This document shows, one piece after another, positions 51,270 through 59,396 of a stretch of DNA of 64,000 nt. The DNA is from Microgenomates group bacterium Gr01-1014_7 (GTDB lineage: Bacteria > Patescibacteriota > Microgenomatia > Daviesbacterales > UBA10151). Made by a program: the position numbers and the translations under genes. The stretch is from assembly GCA_007376405.1 (NCBI GenBank), contig VMGD01000001.1:66891-130890 (forward strand). The letters run 5' to 3'. The first letter of the stretch is position 1, and each line of letters starts with the position of its first letter. The notes under the pieces were generated by a model, which was given only the letters and a program-made list of their open reading frames with translations, made no database searches and was not told the origin of the DNA.

Positions 51270-52498
51270 TTTGGGTGAATTTCCGAAAAGCCGATATATT
51301 TATGTAGAACTTCCGGGATTTTGACAGTTCCATCTTCTTGCTGAAAATTTTCCAGAAGCGCAATTAAAATCCTAGGGGAGGCAATGGCAGTATTATTTAG
51401 GGCGTGACAATATTTTGCTTGTCCCTCTTTATCTCTGTATCTAATTTTTAACCTTCTGGTTTGAAAATCCAAACAAATAGAATTCGAATGAGTTTCCCCA
51501 TAGCCTTCACGAGAAGACATCCAGGTTTCAATATCATAAGTAATTGCTGCTTTTTTACCCATATCTTGAGAAGATAAGCATATAACTTGATAAGGAAGGC
51601 CGAGCTGGTTCAAAATTTCCTCCGAATTTTCCTGAAGCTCCTCAAAAAAACCAAGTGATTCTTGTTCGTCTGCTTCACACAAAATAACCTGTTCAACTTT
51701 GTAAAATTCATGTACTCTGAAAAGGCCTTTTGTATCTTTTCCGTATGATCCAATTTCTGTTCTGAAACATGCAGACATCCCCACATATTTTTTAGGCAAA
51801 TCTTTCAAATCAAAAGTTTCATCCGCATGCAAAGCCATTAAGGGAATTTCTGCTGTTCCTACAAGATAATCTTCATCCCCTACCTTGTAGGTGTCTTCCT
51901 CCCCCCAGGGAAATTGTCCTCCGCCCAAAAGAGCAAAACTTCTATTTATAACAGGCGGCACTACCAGCTGAAATCCTTTTTGCAAAATATGATCCAGGGC
52001 AAAATTTAAAACAGCGAAGTGCAGTCTGGCTCCTTCGTTTTTCAAATAATATCCTCTAAAACCCCCTACTTTCACTCCCCTGTCAAAATCAATAATATCT
52101 AATAACTTCCCCAGTTCTATATGATCCTTAATCTTAAAAGAAAACTTCGGCGGCTCCCCCACTTTTCTTATGATTTTGTTCGCTGAAGCATTCCCTATTG
52201 GAACTTCATCCAGTAAAACATTCGGTACTTGCAACATTAAAGCATTCCACTGCATTTCTACTTCGTTTAACTTTTGTTCCAAACCATCTAGTGCACTTTT
52301 AATTTTCTTTCCTGACTCTATATCTCTTTTCTTTGCTGCATCGTTTCTTTTAGCGCGCAGTTCATCCACCCGGGCAATAAGTTTTCTGCGCTCTTCATCC
52401 AAGGAAAGCAGTTTATCCAAATCCAAATCTGCCTTTCTGGCTTCAATAGATTTTTTAACCAGTTCTTTATTATCTCGGATAAAATTAATGTCTAACAT
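51266..52498 (-). CDS. serS: Serine--tRNA ligase
   Basis: MLDINFIR, coiled-coil arm, GTAE, CFRTEIGSYGKDTKGLFRVHEFYKVE, HALNNTAIA; likely ATG at 52498. Confidence 0.97.
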   Translation of the reverse strand: MLDINFIRDNKELVKKSIEARKADLDLDKLLSLDEERRKLIARVDELRAKRNDAAKKRDIESGKKIKSALDGLEQKLNEVEMQWNALMLQVPNVLLDEVPIGNASANKIIRKVGEPPKFSFKIKDHIELGKLLDIIDFDRGVKVGGFRGYYLKNEGARLHFAVLNFALDHILQKGFQLVVPPVINRSFALLGGGQFPWGEEDTYKVGDEDYLVGTAEIPLMALHADETFDLKDLPKKYVGMSACFRTEIGSYGKDTKGLFRVHEFYKVEQVILCEADEQESLGFFEELQENSEEILNQLGLPYQVICLSSQDMGKKAAITYDIETWMSSREGYGETHSNSICLDFQTRRLKIRYRDKEGQAKYCHALNNTAIASPRILIALLENFQQEDGTVKIPEVLHKYIGFSEIHPK

Positions 52499-53081
52499 TT
52501 TGCCATTCCCTTGCGGGTTCAATTTCCCCGCTTAAAATTAAATCAACTGCCTTTTTATGCCAGTCAAATTTAGTAATATGGTAAACCTGCTTAAAATATT
52601 TTAACGCATCTTTGGCTCCTGGTACACCTTTGGCTTGAGCCAGAGCATCCAGATTATCTGCCACTTTAACTATTCTTGCTTCCATAGTATTTCTGTCATT
52701 GTATTCTGAAACAAGCTCCATAATCTCCTTCTTTGAGTCCAAACCCGAAACTAGCGCTTTTACCCCCTCTATCTCAATATCTTTAAAAACTCCCCCTGCC
52801 ATACCTTTAACAAAAGTGCCAACATCTCCAACAATAGTTTCTCCTATATCATGAACCAGTCCCATTTTTAAAACTTTGTCGCAATCAATTTTTTCTCCTT
52901 CTTTTTGCAGCTGCCTGGCCAGAAAATATGCCAATAATGCTGTAGAAAAGCTGTGGGCGGCCACAGAATCCGCCTCATTTCTTTTAAACCCCATGGCAAT
53001 AAACCCCTGTCTGGGAAGTTCCTTTGCCCACTGCAAAGTCAAAAATACCTTTAAAATCTTTTTTAAATCATTTATATTCAT
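52485..53081 (-). CDS. HD-domain hydrolase (YfbR-like 5'-deoxynucleotidase family)
   Basis: PRQG, SVAAHS, VHDIGE..GD, VKVADNLD. Confidence 0.85.
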   Translation of the reverse strand: MNINDLKKILKVFLTLQWAKELPRQGFIAMGFKRNEADSVAAHSFSTALLAYFLARQLQKEGEKIDCDKVLKMGLVHDIGETIVGDVGTFVKGMAGGVFKDIEIEGVKALVSGLDSKKEIMELVSEYNDRNTMEARIVKVADNLDALAQAKGVPGAKDALKYFKQVYHITKFDWHKKAVDLILSGEIEPAREWQNVRH

Positions 53082-53116
53082 AGGATAAGAGGATAAGAGT
53101 ATATAGTGATGAGTCT
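53081..53116. repeat. Left arm of an imperfect inverted repeat flanking the four-helix-bundle gene
   Basis: TAGGATAA GAGGATAA GAGTATA TAGTGAT GAGTCT; matches the reverse complement of 53486-53507 apart from one 7-nt unit. Confidence 0.7.
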
Positions 53117-53496
53117 TAACCCCTATTCTTTCTTAATGTTTTCAAAGTTGCAATTAGCATTTTAATTGTTTCTTCATTTAATAGCAAAATCTTTTTTATT
53201 TGGTCTGAAAATTGAGAGTAAGTTTCTTCTAGAAGCTCAAGCCAGTATTCTGTTTCCCTAGCTGAACCTAGTGCCATTTGTAGAAATCGAGGATATTCTT
53301 TTCCAAGATATTTACCATAACCTTCAGCTATACAAGCACCTACCGAAAAACTTGATCTTAATACTTGATCAGTAATAATCCAAACAATTCTTTCACTTGG
53401 AAGCTTTCTTGTTAACTGTATAATTTGTCTACTAACTTCTTTAGATTTTTGCCAAAATATTAATTTCTTATAACTATTTATTTCTAGACTCATCAC
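53116..53496 (-). CDS. Four-helix-bundle protein (23S rRNA IVS protein-like family)
   Basis: SYKKLIFWQKS, DQVLRSSFSVGACIAEGYG, FLQMALGSARETEYWLELL. Confidence 0.92.
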   Translation of the reverse strand: MMSLEINSYKKLIFWQKSKEVSRQIIQLTRKLPSERIVWIITDQVLRSSFSVGACIAEGYGKYLGKEYPRFLQMALGSARETEYWLELLEETYSQFSDQIKKILLLNEETIKMLIATLKTLRKNRG

Positions 53497-53507
53497 TCTT
53501 ATCCTAG
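53486..53507. repeat. Right arm of the inverted repeat, overlapping the start of the four-helix-bundle gene
   Basis: AGACTCATCACTCTTATCCTAG; reverse complement CTAGGATAAGAGTGATGAGTCT. Confidence 0.7.
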
Positions 53508-53511
53508 TTCC

Positions 53512-54969
53512 TCATTTCCTAACTTTTTCAGGTTTTAGTGTTGGGAATGGTATCACATCGGCAATTGATGGAGAATCAGTCATTACCATTACCCATCTAT
53601 CAAGTCCGGGTCCAATCCCGGAGGTTGGCGGCATACCGTATTCCAAAGCCTCCAAAAAATCCTCATCGGTTTTTTGAGCTTCCAAATTCCCCTTTTTCAT
53701 CTTCTTTTTTTCTTCCATCCAAGCCCACTTTAAAACCTGTGGATCATTTTGTTCACTCCAATTAGTCCCCATCTCCATCCCTGCCACATATATATCAAAA
53801 CTTTCCACCAGTTTAGGATTATCTTCCTTTCTTTTAGCTAAAGGATAAAAATCCGCCGGGAAGTCATAAACAAAAGTAGGCTGTATAAGTTGATCAGTAC
53901 ATTTTTTCTCGAAAATCTCCAGCAGTATTTCTCCATCAGTCATGTAATCTTTAATTTCAACTCCCAGTTTTTTGGCCAATTTTGTTGCTTTTTCTAATGT
54001 ATCTATCTCATGAAAATGTACTCCGGTATGTTTTTTGAATAAATCCACCAGCTTTACTCTTTGCCATGGATTTTTAAAATCTAAAACCAGTCCTTGATAA
54101 GTTAATTTTGTTTTTCCAAATACTTTTTTCGCTACTACCTCAAACATCTCCTCAATTAAATTCATGTTATCCATGTAATCTGCATAAGCTTCCATGGTTT
54201 CAAACATGGTAAATTCCGGATTATGGTTTCTATCCATCCCCTCATTCCTAAATACATGTCCAATTTCAAAAACTTTTTCAAATCCTCCGACGATTAATCT
54301 TTTTAAATAAAGCTCATTGGCAATGCGAAGATAAAAGTTAGTATCCAAAGCATTATGATGAGTCTTAAACGGTTTGGCTCTACCGCCTCCATATACCGGC
54401 TGTAAAATAGGATTCTCCACTTCTATATAGCCTTTTTCCTCCGCCAGGAATTTACGGATGGTATAGATAATTTTGGATCGGGTTTCAATGATTTCCTTTG
54501 CTTTTGGATTCATTAAAAGGTCCAGATAACGTTTTCTATATCTTTCTTCTACATCTTTTAATCCGTACCATGAGGAGGGAAGCGGTCGGAGGCTTTTACT
54601 TAAAATTGTAAAATCATTAACATTAACAGTAATTTCCCCGGATTGGGTTCTGATTACCTCCCCTATAACCTCAATAAAATCCCCTAAATCAAGATTAGGT
54701 AAAATTTCATATTTCTCACCTTTTAAAGAGTCTGCTCTAAAAAGCAACTGAATTTTACCTGTGACGTCTTCAATATCAGCAAAGGTAATTTTTCCATGAG
54801 GACGAAGGGAACGAATCCTTCCGGCAACTATAACTTTTTTACCTATCATTTTGCGGGCAACAGCAATAGTATGTTTTCTATTACTTTTGGAGGGGTAGGG
54901 ATTTATCCCCAAGCTTTTAATATTTTTTAATTTTTTTAATCTTTCTTTCTGTAAATTCTCAAGCGCCAT
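53512..54969 (-). CDS. lysS: Lysine--tRNA ligase, class II
   Basis: RYRKRYLDL, YLRIANELYLKRLIVGG, FRNEG..HNPEF, YGMPPTSGIGPGLDR. Confidence 0.97.
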   Translation of the reverse strand: MALENLQKERLKKLKNIKSLGINPYPSKSNRKHTIAVARKMIGKKVIVAGRIRSLRPHGKITFADIEDVTGKIQLLFRADSLKGEKYEILPNLDLGDFIEVIGEVIRTQSGEITVNVNDFTILSKSLRPLPSSWYGLKDVEERYRKRYLDLLMNPKAKEIIETRSKIIYTIRKFLAEEKGYIEVENPILQPVYGGGRAKPFKTHHNALDTNFYLRIANELYLKRLIVGGFEKVFEIGHVFRNEGMDRNHNPEFTMFETMEAYADYMDNMNLIEEMFEVVAKKVFGKTKLTYQGLVLDFKNPWQRVKLVDLFKKHTGVHFHEIDTLEKATKLAKKLGVEIKDYMTDGEILLEIFEKKCTDQLIQPTFVYDFPADFYPLAKRKEDNPKLVESFDIYVAGMEMGTNWSEQNDPQVLKWAWMEEKKKMKKGNLEAQKTDEDFLEALEYGMPPTSGIGPGLDRWVMVMTDSPSIADVIPFPTLKPEKVRK

Positions 54970-54975
54970 GCCTAA

Positions 54976-55004
54976 AGTATACCTTTATCCTGAAGTTTTG
55001 ACAA
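54976..55004 (-). promoter_or_regulatory. Near-leaderless sigma70-like promoter of lysS
   Basis: TTGTCA -17 nt- TATACT -6 nt- ATG. Confidence 0.7.
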
Positions 55005-55027
55005 CGCAGAAAGGGGATATCTTCCAG

Positions 55028-55798
55028 TTATACAAGCGTGGGTAATAATGTGGGAGTAGAAGGTAAACTTATATCTGATCTCTCACCGTTTTGGAATCTA
55101 TCCATAAATTGCTCAAATTGTTCAAATAAACTCTCACTACCTCTACTTTGTAAAAAATTGGTATTTCCTATTAGGACAGGTTGAATGTTGTCTTTAACTA
55201 CAGCCAGTTCCCGCAAACTCCAAGTTCTCATGGTCTTACCGCTATCTACAATAACCACAGCAGCTTCAGCTCTATGGTCGGATACCTGTACTTCTTCTTT
55301 ACCGTTTGTTCGACCATCTAAATTGATTGGTACTCCATCATACTTAGGGAAATGTTGCTCAAAGAATTGCATTGTTAATCCAGGATAAGAGGTAATCACT
55401 CTTTGATGCTCTAGGTCGGTTACAATCTGGTATCTATAATTATTTCTTACCAAAACACTAAGCCTAACATTTGGATTAAATACCTCTAGAACGGCTAGCT
55501 CTTCTAGGTTTGGTGAAGGATCATTTTCATGCAGCGAAGCGAGAGCTAGATATTCGGCCCGTCTATCACTAGCAACAATTCCAAGGGGGTATATTCCTTC
55601 GTCAACCAATCTGGTAATATCCCTTGAGCTTTGGGCTATAAAGACTACATCTGGATCTTCTACCTCAACCAAAAGATGGCCATTTCTTCTTTGACTAGAT
55701 GAGTGGAAACCCCTTCTATTAAGTTCGTCCAAAACTGGGCGAAGGATATGTTTACCATCCGGAATAAGTACTCCCAATCTTTGTTCACGATCTATCAT
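55028..55798 (-). CDS. Divergent ATP phosphoribosyltransferase (HisG)-like protein
   Basis: RDITRLVDEG..LGIVASD, RVITSYP, NGKEE, AVVIVDSGKTMR..LRE align by eye to HisG DIP.YV..G..DLGI.G.D, RIATKYP, GSVE, AIVDIVSTG.TL. Confidence 0.7.
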   Translation of the reverse strand: MIDREQRLGVLIPDGKHILRPVLDELNRRGFHSSSQRRNGHLLVEVEDPDVVFIAQSSRDITRLVDEGIYPLGIVASDRRAEYLALASLHENDPSPNLEELAVLEVFNPNVRLSVLVRNNYRYQIVTDLEHQRVITSYPGLTMQFFEQHFPKYDGVPINLDGRTNGKEEVQVSDHRAEAAVVIVDSGKTMRTWSLRELAVVKDNIQPVLIGNTNFLQSRGSESLFEQFEQFMDRFQNGERSDISLPSTPTLLPTLV

Positions 55799-55885
55799 AT
55801 TTATTTACCTACAACCTATCTTCCCCTAACCAAGTAGGGGTAAATTTGTGATATTGTAACATAAGAATGCAATATAAGAAAGATA

Positions 55886-57241
55886 TCAAAATTGAGTGGG
55901 GATTTTAGTGAGAGTTTTGGACAGGCGTTCAAAAATCCTTAGGTTGGCATTTTTCTTAATAAATTGCTCTGCCTCTTTATATGAACCTTTTTGCAAAAAA
56001 TAAGTTAGCTTATATGCTATTGTCTCAATCTCAAAAAAGATTCTTGAAAAATTAGGCCATGATATACCCTCACTCTCTCGGAGTGCCCCCTGAGACAGGT
56101 AAGAATTAAGTAGAATGGAATTCCCAATCATATGAGACTGTTTTGCAATATTTTGTTTATAAAGCAGCCAATCTGCTATCATCCAAACTATATGAATAAT
56201 CATAATAGCTTCAAGTTGTTCTTGAGAAAGCAATCCTTTCACAACTAAGTGCTTGCTATGTTCTATGCCCGATGCAAAACCGTTTGCTTCATCAATTGGC
56301 GGATACAATTCTTGTAGTCGTTCTCTTACTGCTGGAAACTTGTGTAGCTGTTTACCAAGCTCATAAAGCAATATACTCCAACCGGTTGCTTCCAAAAGTA
56401 AATCCTTAGAATATTTTGATGCGAATCTTGGCTCAAAAATTGTTTTAAAAATAGGGTAATATAGCTTCTCAAACTTTAGTTTAAATTGTGAAGAATAGAT
56501 TATAATTCTAGATCCATACTTAAGCGCGATATCTATGTTACGGGGAAATTGTTGTCCGGAGGAAAGTATGTCTGCCGGATACCCAGATATAGCAAGAGTG
56601 TGTTCCACCAATACACCAACTCCTTTTCTAGGAATATCCGTGGAATGATATTTACTAAAACTCAATTTTGCACTGCTATATAAAGCCTCTTTGTAGGATG
56701 CAGCCAGTTTAGTTTGCTCAAGATCGATAATTCCCAGATGAGCTTGATATGCCCTTTTTATAGAAAACGCCTTATCCAGATGAGTCTCAAGTGGGCCGAT
56801 AGTGAAATCTAATTTACTATTTTTAACACTTAGCCATAGTTTATAAGCTTCTTCATAGCCAGCAACCTCCAGCAACGATTTTGCCCGAGCATTTAAATAT
56901 GTTTGAAAAGATTTATTTGTACAAGCCCCTGCCGCTTTTTGAAGTTTGTCGGAAATTGGCTTAAGGTATTTGAAGTAATGCACACTGTAAGGTATGCCTA
57001 CCAGGTTGCCATTTTTTTTCTCCACAAAGGTAAGCGGTGAAAGTATTTCAGGATTAATTATGACTGCCTGTTCTAACTCCCGTTTGGTAATCCCTTTGGG
57101 ATAAAACCCCTCTTTAAGTTGAAGCTCATATAAAGCAGTTGATTCCTTAACTATACCTTCAAGGATTTTTAAAATCTTTTTATCTTCTTGAGATAAATCT
57201 TTATAGTATTTATTATCAATCCTAAATTTTCTATATATCAT
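55886..57241 (-). CDS. Peptidase M49/DPP-III (zincin)-like protein with a degenerate metal motif
   Basis: FYPKGITK, LSPLT, IPYS, YLNARAKSL, IGPLETHLD..FSIKRAYQ; YELGK where HExxH is expected; ATGA-coupled to greA (ATG 57241). Confidence 0.7.
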   Translation of the reverse strand: MIYRKFRIDNKYYKDLSQEDKKILKILEGIVKESTALYELQLKEGFYPKGITKRELEQAVIINPEILSPLTFVEKKNGNLVGIPYSVHYFKYLKPISDKLQKAAGACTNKSFQTYLNARAKSLLEVAGYEEAYKLWLSVKNSKLDFTIGPLETHLDKAFSIKRAYQAHLGIIDLEQTKLAASYKEALYSSAKLSFSKYHSTDIPRKGVGVLVEHTLAISGYPADILSSGQQFPRNIDIALKYGSRIIIYSSQFKLKFEKLYYPIFKTIFEPRFASKYSKDLLLEATGWSILLYELGKQLHKFPAVRERLQELYPPIDEANGFASGIEHSKHLVVKGLLSQEQLEAIMIIHIVWMIADWLLYKQNIAKQSHMIGNSILLNSYLSQGALRESEGISWPNFSRIFFEIETIAYKLTYFLQKGSYKEAEQFIKKNANLRIFERLSKTLTKIPTQF

Positions 57242-57726
57242 TTTATCTCCAGTACTTTGCATTTATACTTAACAATTGGCGTGGTTACCTCAACTTCTTC
57301 CCCCTTTTTGGCACCAAGCAGTGACATGCCCAGCGGTGACTCGTTTGAAATTCTTTTTTTGGAAGGGTCAGCTTCAACTCTTCCTACTATGGTAAATTCA
57401 TCAATCCCATCCTCCATTTCAATTTTAACGGTTGAGCCTATTACCACAAAATCCAGCGTATGCTTTTCGGCAATAACTTTAGCACTTTTTAAAATATCTT
57501 CAAGTTCCCCAATCCGCGTCTCCATCAAGGATTGATCTTCAACCGCGCTGTCGTATTCCGAATTCTCAGATAAATCTCCATATTCTCTGGCCTGGCGTAT
57601 TCTTTCGGCAATATCCAGCCTTTTAACTTTTTTTAGGTATTCCAGTTCTGTCTTTGCCTGCGATAAACCATGAGGGGTAAGATAGGTATTTTTTGGATTC
57701 CTGACGGAATATTTTATTTTTGTCAT
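57238..57726 (-). CDS. greA: Transcription elongation factor GreA
   Basis: AREYGDLSENSEYDSA, ISNESPLG. Confidence 0.97.
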   Translation of the reverse strand: MTKIKYSVRNPKNTYLTPHGLSQAKTELEYLKKVKRLDIAERIRQAREYGDLSENSEYDSAVEDQSLMETRIGELEDILKSAKVIAEKHTLDFVVIGSTVKIEMEDGIDEFTIVGRVEADPSKKRISNESPLGMSLLGAKKGEEVEVTTPIVKYKCKVLEIK

Positions 57727-57747
57727 CTATTTGGGCAAATCGCGCCA

Positions 57748-57776
57748 ATTTTATGCTAAAATAACACATAAGTCAA
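57748..57776 (-). promoter_or_regulatory. Sigma70-like promoter of greA, back-to-back with a likely tRNA promoter
   Basis: Minus strand TTGACT -17 nt- TAAAAT; plus strand TGcTAAAAT at 57754-57762. Confidence 0.6.
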
Positions 57777-57788
57777 ACTAGATTTTTT

Positions 57789-57862
57789 GCCGCCATCGTC
57801 TAGTGACCCAGGACACCTGGTTCTCATCCAGGAAATCGCGGGTTTAAATCCCGCTGGCGGTA
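57789..57862 (+). tRNA. tRNA-Glu (anticodon CTC); CCA not encoded
   Basis: Acceptor GCCGCCA/TGGCGGT, D-arm GTCT..GGAC, anticodon arm CCTGG-TTCTCAT-CCAGG, T-arm GCGGG-TTTAAAT-CCCGC. Confidence 0.92.
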
Positions 57863-57873
57863 CTTTTTTGGGC

Positions 57874-57902
57874 TTGATTCCACTATCAGGCTTTGTTACG
57901 CT
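57874..57902 (+). promoter_or_regulatory. Near-leaderless promoter of the histidine kinase
   Basis: TTGATT -17 nt- (TGt)TACGCT -8 nt- ATG. Confidence 0.55.
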
Positions 57903-57910
57903 AAGTAAAT

Positions 57911-59362
57911 ATGAAAAATTCTCTGCTCATCAAGTTGGCTACTACCACATCTTTGGCAATACTGACAATCTCTGTGGTTTCTATTTATTTGGTTCACAGT
58001 TTAACAGTTTCAATCGCAGTTGCTATTTTAGCGGCAATTTTTTCAACCGTCTCCATATTTATCTTTTTGAAACCTTTGCAGGATTTAATAAAAAGTGCCA
58101 AGGCTTTAGGAGATGGAAACTTTAATCAAAGGGTAGATTTAAGAACCGGTGATGAATTTGAAGAAGTTGGCAACTCATTTAACCAAATGGCTAATAAACT
58201 GTCGGGGATTTTTCAGAAGCTGGAAAGAGATACGCAAATCGCAATTTCCGAGAAAAGTAAACTAAATGAAGTATTATCCTCAATAATAGATGGCATTATT
58301 GCCCTGGACTTTAATAGAAATATTCTTCTTGCAAACAGGGCTGCCGAGGAAATTACAGGCTTCACCACTGCCGAACTGCAAGGACAAAGAGTAGATAATC
58401 TTATTCATTTATTCTCCGATTTCGAAGAAATTCTTCCCAAAACTTATTGTGAAACAAATTTTAGCCAGTCTGCCAAATTGACGGGAAAGGAAGGAAAACA
58501 AACCTCTGTTAACGTGATGACTTCAAAAGTAGGGGAAGCGCTGCAAACCAACTTAAGCTGTATCCTTATTTTCCATGATTTATCTAAAGAAGAGGAATTG
58601 GAAAAAATGAAAATGGATTTTGTTTCAATGGCTTCCCATGAACTGCGCACTCCTCTTACCTCAATCATTGGGTATTTGTCAGTTTTTGCTAATGAAAATC
58701 GAGGTAAGCTGCCAAAACAAGATTTGGATTTAATTGAAAAATCAGAAATATCTGCCAGGCAGCTTTTGACTCTGATTCAAAATCTCCTTAATGTTAATAA
58801 GATTGAAAGGGAAGAAATGTCTGTCACACCCGAACCAGTAGATTACCTGCCAATTCTTTCCAAAGCAGTTGAGGATTTAAAAACTCAGGCCAATCAGAAA
58901 GATATTGTTCTAAATTTTAATCCACCCACCGAATCTCTACCCAAAGTTATGGCAGACCCAATCAGGATAAGTGAGGTGGTAACAAATCTTTTGGCCAATG
59001 CCATAAACTATACCAATCCAGGGGGGAAAGTTGAACTGATAATTCAAGTCTCTCCGGATAAAGTAACAACTACTATCTCCGATACCGGAGTAGGAATTCC
59101 CAAAGATGCTATACCGCATCTTTTTAATAAGTTTTTCCGCGTTTCCAATCAAAGCCAGAAAATGAGCAAGGGTACAGGACTGGGGCTATACATTACCAAA
59201 TCTATTATTGAAAAATTAAACGGTAAAATCTGGGTGGAATCCGAACTGGGAAAGGGTAGTAGATTTTGCTTTAGCTTGCCTGTTGCGACGATTAGTTCCG
59301 GAGTATTAAATACTAATCAATTTATGGGAGAACAGATTCAAGCCGGGGCACTCAATTATTGA
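57911..59362 (+). CDS. Sensor histidine kinase (2TM-HAMP-PAS-HisKA-HATPase)
   Basis: DEFEEVGNSFNQM (HAMP), IIDGIIALD..NRAAE (PAS), SHELRTPLT, NLLANAINYT, DTGVGI, GTGLGL. Confidence 0.95.
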   Translation: MKNSLLIKLATTTSLAILTISVVSIYLVHSLTVSIAVAILAAIFSTVSIFIFLKPLQDLIKSAKALGDGNFNQRVDLRTGDEFEEVGNSFNQMANKLSGIFQKLERDTQIAISEKSKLNEVLSSIIDGIIALDFNRNILLANRAAEEITGFTTAELQGQRVDNLIHLFSDFEEILPKTYCETNFSQSAKLTGKEGKQTSVNVMTSKVGEALQTNLSCILIFHDLSKEEELEKMKMDFVSMASHELRTPLTSIIGYLSVFANENRGKLPKQDLDLIEKSEISARQLLTLIQNLLNVNKIEREEMSVTPEPVDYLPILSKAVEDLKTQANQKDIVLNFNPPTESLPKVMADPIRISEVVTNLLANAINYTNPGGKVELIIQVSPDKVTTTISDTGVGIPKDAIPHLFNKFFRVSNQSQKMSKGTGLGLYITKSIIEKLNGKIWVESELGKGSRFCFSLPVATISSGVLNTNQFMGEQIQAGALNY

Positions 59363-59388
59363 TCTTCTCCTATATTTTAAGTTACAAT
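59359..59388 (+). promoter_or_regulatory. Near-leaderless promoter of the response regulator
   Basis: TTGATC -18 nt- TACAAT -8 nt- ATG. Confidence 0.55.
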
Positions 59389-59396
59389 AGATTAAT

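Noticed and set aside
53116-53496. Diversity-generating retroelement or rRNA intervening sequence
   Set aside because: No reverse transcriptase, TR/VR pair or rRNA sequence is in the window.
57787-58125. 112-aa ORF from the track
   Set aside because: It overlaps tRNA-Glu and the kinase in another frame; spurious.
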